NCBI RefSeq assembly: GCF_963921235.1 | Contig: NC_086108.1 | Span: 54,624,001 to 54,688,000, forward strand | Direction of reading: 5' to 3' | Length of the DNA stretch: 64,000 nt | DNA from: Mobula hypostoma | Lineage: Eukaryota | Shown here: positions 58,261 through 64,000 of the stretch, in pieces | How positions within the stretch are numbered: the stretch's first letter is position 1 | How the letters are laid out: every line of letters starts with the position of its first letter | Program-made: the position numbers and the translations under genes | The notes under the pieces: model-generated | Databases searched by the model: none | Told to the model about the DNA's origin: nothing | What the model saw: the letters and a program-made list of their open reading frames with translations, nothing else

Positions 58261-60309
58261 GACCTGAAAATCAAAAAGCTAGTTGACTCAATGTTTTTGG
58301 AGCTGTCTAGTTAATACATGAATGTGATAAATAAATGATTATATGATAAATGATACATAAATTAATACATCAATAAATTTTATTAAACTTGCCTCTGGTA
58401 TAACTAATCATTTTCCAGGTGTCCCTACACTCTTAAGTCTAAGGACATGGATTCGATATGTCTGAAACAAACAGTTTAAATAAATAGCTGAACTTGGCAC
58501 CACTATTCGTTCAACTGCACTGCTCTGCGAAAGTTTTTTCTTTTTTTAAGGCATAACTTCCATTGCTGATACACAGATATCATTTGAGGTCAGTATTGTG
58601 CTCTGTCGTACTAGGCAGGGTTGGCAGGCAGTCAGCCAACAATCACTGCCTTGAAGATATATCGAATGAATGACCATTTGCTTCCACAACTATACCCAGC
58701 GTGAGTCAATGCCTTTAGCAGAAATGAAAAAAAGAAAGAATGGAGGATTTTTAAAAAGATTAAAATGCAATGAACTAAAAATGAAGATATATATTTTTCC
58801 AGGCTAATACATTTTAATAAAAGCAGAGGCAGGATTCAATTACTGAATTGTAAGTGAAAGGTTGGATGACTTTAATTGAATCAGTTGTTTTGTTATAAAG
58901 CAACGGCAGTTCCAGTATTGTTTTCCATGCCATCTGTCTGGGCTGTGCGTGTAGACGTTTGCTTCCTGTGCTTCTGTATGGCTCTGCCTACCGGGGCATA
59001 ATCACGTAAGAGTGCTGTGCATCAGCAGCCTCGGATTATTGGATGGAATATTGACCTTTGACTGCATGTGAATGACAAATCAAAGGTCAGCATTTTAGAA
59101 ATCCTGCACAATTCTACAGCTGATCCTGGGTCTGAAAGGATTTAACACTGACTGCAACTAAAGGTAGGGAGAATGATGACTAATTAGTTTATGACATCAA
59201 AGATAACAAATAAATTATGCAGAACATTTCAAAGATATCTCTAAAGAATGCATACTGTTCCAAAACATAAAAAATGCAAAACCTGCACTCTGATATTATC
59301 AAAAGGACAATGCTATTTTTAAACTTACGTACCAAATGATTAGGCAGTATAAAAGGCTTTGAAACCCTTTATATCACAACAGCACTGCTAGTCGTTGTAT
59401 TTTTGAATGCTTTTATCTAACTCTGTCTTCAAGTCATTTTCTTAAATTTGTCAATACACAAATGAATTAATTCAAACAATTGGCTCTTTTGAATTCAATA
59501 ATATTCTATTTCTGAATACAATGGAATGATAACTTAAGGTGGATATACTAGTTAGTTCAGTACAGAAAAAATATTGTGTATTTGTTCTATTTAACGTATA
59601 TTAAATGTCTGATTTTCTGCAAGGCATTGGCAACCTTTTGGAATTCAACGCCGTACTGTACAGAGTTCCTCTATGCAAAGGGATAGGAACAAATGGGATC
59701 TGTGAAACAGGGATCACTTTCCGCATTGATAAGAGTACACATTCAGTACTTTTCAAGGCAACGGTCATAATCCCTTTCCACTTGCTGTTTTTGTTTTCTT
59801 CTACATCTGCCTGACAGTCCGATGGAGATTTAAAGCTAATTACAGCCAGCAGAAGCAAGCCTGAAGCCTAGTAGAGACAAATGTGGAACCAAGGGAATAC
59901 AAAATTAGAATGTGAGTGAATTTTAAATCTATTCTAACTGAAAAAAATGTTCATAATGGCTAGAAATGCACAAAATGACATAAATTAATATAATTATATA
60001 TTATACAAACAATATGCAGAACACTATGTGTTACTGAGTAACTGGATACTTCACTATATTCCTTTAAACATTGTGGCATTCTTGAAATGATGTAAGATTG
60101 AGAAAAAGTATTTCACAGCAGATATAATCTTGCTGTTCTTTACTTCTGTTCATCAAATTCCATATTTGGTTTTAAAATTAATGTAATATCTTGAGGTTTT
60201 TCTGACAGGAGAGAAAAAAAGCATGCTTTCATTTTTTAAAAATTCTTTTATTGCCATAAATTCAGAAATGTTCAGTTTCTATTGTGAAAGAAATCAGGAT
60301 TTACAATCT

Positions 60310-62160
60310 GGTCTTGTCATGACTTACTAACTTGACTGAGGTTTCTGATGAGGTGTTGAAGGTGATTGATGACGGTAGAGCTGGGGATGTTGTCCATGTA
60401 GATTTAGGCATTTGACGAGGTCTATCAAGGAAGGCTCATCCTGAAGATTAAGATGCATAGGATCCATAGTAAATTGGCCATTTGGATTCAGAACTGGCCT
60501 GCCCATAGAAGGCAGAGGGTGGTGGTCAAAGAGAGTTATTCTGTCTGGAGGTCAGTAATTTGTGGTGTCCTGCAGGGATTGGTACTGGGACCTCTGCTGT
60601 TTGTGATGTACATAAATGACCTGGATGAAAATGTAGTTGGGGGCTTAGTATCTATGCAGATGATAAGAAGGTTGTTGGTGTTGTGGATAATGTAGATGTG
60701 GGTAGCAAAGAGTACAGTGGGATATAGATCAGTTGCAGACATGGATTGAGAAATGGCAGATGGAGTTCAACTCAGCCAAATGTGAAGTGTTGCACTTTGG
60801 CAGGTCCAATGTAAAGAGACAGTACATAAGACCATAAGACATAGGGGCAGAGTTAGACCATCTGGCCCATTGAGTCTGCTCCGCCATTCAATCATGGCTG
60901 ATCCTTTTTCTTCTCTTCCCTAACCCCAGTTCCCGGCCTTCTCCCCATAACCTTTGAGGCCATGTCCAATCAAAAACCTATCCATCTCTGCTTTAAATAC
61001 ACCCAATGACCTGGCCTCCACAGGCATGTGGCAACAAATTCCACAAATTCACCACCCTTTGGCTAACGAAATTTTTCCGCATCTCTGTTTTGAAAGGGTG
61101 CCCCTCTATCCTGAGGCTGTGCCCTCTTGCCCTAGACTCTCCCGCCATGGGAAACATCCTTTCCACATCTACTCTGCCTAGGCCTTTGAACATTCGAAAG
61201 GTTTCAATGAGATCCTCTCCTCATCCTTGTGAATTCCAGCGAGTACAGACCCAGAGCCATATGTTCCTCATATGATAACCCTTTCATTCCTGGAATCATC
61301 CTTATGAACCTCCTCTGGACCCTCTCCAATGCCAGCACATCTTTTCTAAGATGAAGGGCCCAAAACTGTTCACAATACTCAAGGTGAGGCCTCACCAGTG
61401 CCTTATAAAGCCTTAGCATCACATCCTTACAGTGTTGAGGGCAAAACCCTTAACAGTGTTGATGAACAGAGGGATCTTGGGGTCAAAGTTCATAGTTCTT
61501 TGGAAGTGGCTACACAGGTTGATAAGGTGGTTAAGAAGGCATTTGGCATGCTTGCCTTTACTATTTGTTATAAGTTCAAAAGGCAAGAAGTTATGTTGCT
61601 GCTTTATAAAACTAGTTAGGCTGCATTTGAAGCATTACATACAGTTCTAGTCACCCCATGATACGAAGGAAGTTGAGGCTTTGGAAAGGGCGCAGAGGTG
61701 ATTACAGGGCATGTGCTATAATGAGAAGTTGGACAAACTTGGGTTGTTTTCTCTGGAGTGGTGGAGGCTGAGGAAGATCTGATAGAGGTTTATAAGATTA
61801 TGAAAGGTGTAGATAGAGTAGACAGACAGTATCTTTTTCCCAGAGTTGAAATGTCTAATTCCAGAGGGCATGCATTTAAGATGGGGGGGGTAATTTTAAA
61901 GGAGATGTTAGAGGCAAGTTTTTCCACACAATGAGTGGAGGGTGCCTGGAATGCACTGCCTGGTGCAGTGGTAGGGGCAGGTATAATAGGGACTATTAAG
62001 AAACATTTAGATAGACACATGAATGTGAGGAAAATAGAGGGATATGGACATTATGTAGGCATAAGGATTAGTTTAGTTGGCTATTTGATTACTTATCCAT
62101 TTGGTTCAGCACAACATTGTGGGCTGAAGGGCCAGTTCCTGTGCTGTTCTATGTCCTATG
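60310..62160 (+). mobile_element. Degenerate CR1 ORF2 3' half, split by a nested CR1
   Basis: WIQNWPAHRRQRVVV, GVLQGLVLGPLLF, EQRDLGVKVH, AWNALPG. Confidence 0.9.
60827..61427 (-). mobile_element. CR1 3' fragment nested in antisense orientation
   Basis: LRLYKALVRPHLEYCEQFW; (GGTCTTAT)n tail; TSD taca at 60823-60826 and 61428-61431. Confidence 0.92.
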
Positions 62161-62924
62161 GTTTAAGCACAGACACCTTGACAATAAAAATCATTGTAAT
62201 ATATCGCATGGATTTCTTCTTTATCCTCAATTAACATCTAAATGTTAAAATCTTTAAACTGTATTGTGGAAATACGCCATGTTCTCATTGATTGTGAGAC
62301 ATGATGACCTTGTTTTAATGTACTGAATTCATACATCTGCCATATACTAAGAGGACATAGCTGCACTGAAGAATTTGTTGGAATTGTTTAGTATTTTACA
62401 TGGTGAATGTGTCTTAGTAATGGTGATCTCCGAATCATAAGCTTGTGATGTGCCTCAAATGTTATGCTTGTACCTGTGTCTTAGTTAAACACTCTAGGAA
62501 AGTATGTGCAAGAAATAACTGGTCTATGTAGCTGGTTCTCTGCCCTGAGTATTGTTTAGTGTTGAATTAATGTAGCAGTCTTCCCACTAGTGAATATGCA
62601 CCCGGAATACTTCAAAGTATTACCAGGGAAAATTGAGTCCAGGTTTCTTGTAGACTGCGAAAATGTTAGCTAATGAAAGGATCCTAACTTCAAGCTTTGC
62701 TTCATGCTCAAGGAAGGTTAAAATGGAGCTCAGTTTACAGTATGAAGACACAACAAATTCCGCACTTAGTTTATACTTTCACCAGGATCTTTAGAAGGAT
62801 CAATGAAATGATACATTGGTGCCTTAGGGAGAGCTTTTCCTGAGTGGAGTGAAAGGAATTTTGTCTTGGTCTGGAAGAGCATACAGTGGAATGCAAAAGC
62901 TTGGGCACTCCTCTTCAAAATTTG

Positions 62925-64000
62925 TAGTCATAGTCATAGTCATACTTTATTGATCCCAGGGGGAGATTGGTTTTCGTTACAGTTGCACCATAATAATAAA
63001 TAGTAATAGAACCATAAATAGTTAAATAGTAATATGTAAATTATGCCAGTAAATTATGAAATAAGTCCAGGACCAGCCTATCGACTCAGAGTGTCATACC
63101 CTCCAAGGGAGGAGTTGTAAAGTTTGATGGCCACAGGCAGGAATGACTTCCTATGACGCTCTGTGCTGCATCTCGGAGGAATGAGTCTCTGGCTGAATGT
63201 ACTCCTGTGCCCACCCAGTACATTATGTAGTGGATGGGAGACATTGACCAAGATGGCATGCAACTTAGACAGCATCCTCTTTTCAGACACCACCGTGAGA
63301 GAGTCCAGTTCCATCTCCACAACATCACTGGCCTTACGAATGAGTTTGTTGATTCTGTTGGTGTTTGCTACCCTCAGCCTGCTGCCCCAGCACGCAACAG
63401 CAAACATGATAGCACTGGCCACCACAGACTTGTAGAACATCCTCAGCATCGTCCGGTAGATGTTAAGGGACCTCAGTCTCCTCAGGAAATAGAGACAGCT
63501 CTGACCCTTCTTGGAGACAGCCTCAGTGTTCTTTGACCATGGTTATGGTGAGAAGGCGGGGGAGTGGGACTAAATAGGAGAATGGATCAGCTCATGATAA
63601 AATGGCGGAGCAGACTCGATGGGCCGAATAGCCTACCTCTGCTCCTTTGTCTTATGGACCAGTCTAGTTTATTGTCAATTCGTATCCCCAGGTATTTGTA
63701 ATCCTCCACCATATCCACACTGACCCCCTGGATGTAAACAGGGGTCACTGGTACCTTAGCTCTCCTCAGGTCTACCACCAGCTCCTTAGTCTTTTTCACA
63801 TTAAGCTGCAGATAATTCTGCTCACACCATGTGACAAAGTTTCCTACCGTAGCCCTGTACTCAACCTCATCTCCCTTGCTGATGCATCCAACTATGGCAG
63901 AGTCATCCGAAAACTTCTGAAGATGACAAGACTCTGTGCAGCAGTTGAAGTCCGAGGTGTAAATGGTGAAGAGAAAGGGAGACAAGACAGTCCCCTGTGG
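62925..64000 (-). mobile_element. Rex1/Babar-clade LINE 3' portion; runs off the right edge
   Basis: PQGTVLSPFLFTIYTSD, KFSDD, LNVKKTKELVVD, YKYLG, LYFLRRLRS, RCSTER.RKSFLPVAIKLYNS; AATAAA then (GACTAT)n tail. Confidence 0.9.
63540..63656 (+). mobile_element. 117-bp CR1 3' UTR insertion in the Rex1 RT
   Basis: TSD gacca at 63535-63539 and 63657-63661; same subfamily as 25596-25842. Confidence 0.9.

Noticed and set aside
58613..58651. Small hairpin aggcag-gttggc...gccaac-ctgcct, reminiscent of miR-34/449 or an NFI site
   Set aside because: Too short for a pre-miRNA, the 5' arm lacks the GGCAGTG seed, and the TTGGC/GCCAA spacing is 9 rather than 5.

Overview
This is eukaryotic, repeat-saturated non-coding DNA (intergenic or a very large intron). 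No host protein-coding gene, tRNA, rRNA or CRISPR array can be supported. The repeat repertoire (many CR1 LINE lineages, V-domain SINEs, Neptune-type Penelope elements, Rex1, RTE, Crack, Tc1, Gypsy) points to a cartilaginous fish, probably a ray (inference, not checked). Main contents in order: a ~2.7 kb C-rich modular satellite that appears to have expanded inside an LTR; a nested stack in which a CR1 holds a Gypsy that holds a CR1 fragment, a Penelope element and a SINE-like insert; a young Penelope element with an uninterrupted RT + GIY-YIG frame and inverted pseudo-LTRs; a fold-back Tc1 made of two transposase 3' halves; a decayed HERO-like element; a young CR1 inside a Crack LINE; an RTE LINE with a perfect 40-bp target-site duplication; and a full-length CR1 with TSD. 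Three near-identical minimal hammerhead ribozyme motifs lie in Penelope terminal repeats. A few unique stretches (about 35.6 kb, 44.1 kb, 58.3-60.2 kb) contain candidate exon or enhancer-like signals. All family calls come from recognising motifs by eye; no database searches or alignments were run.
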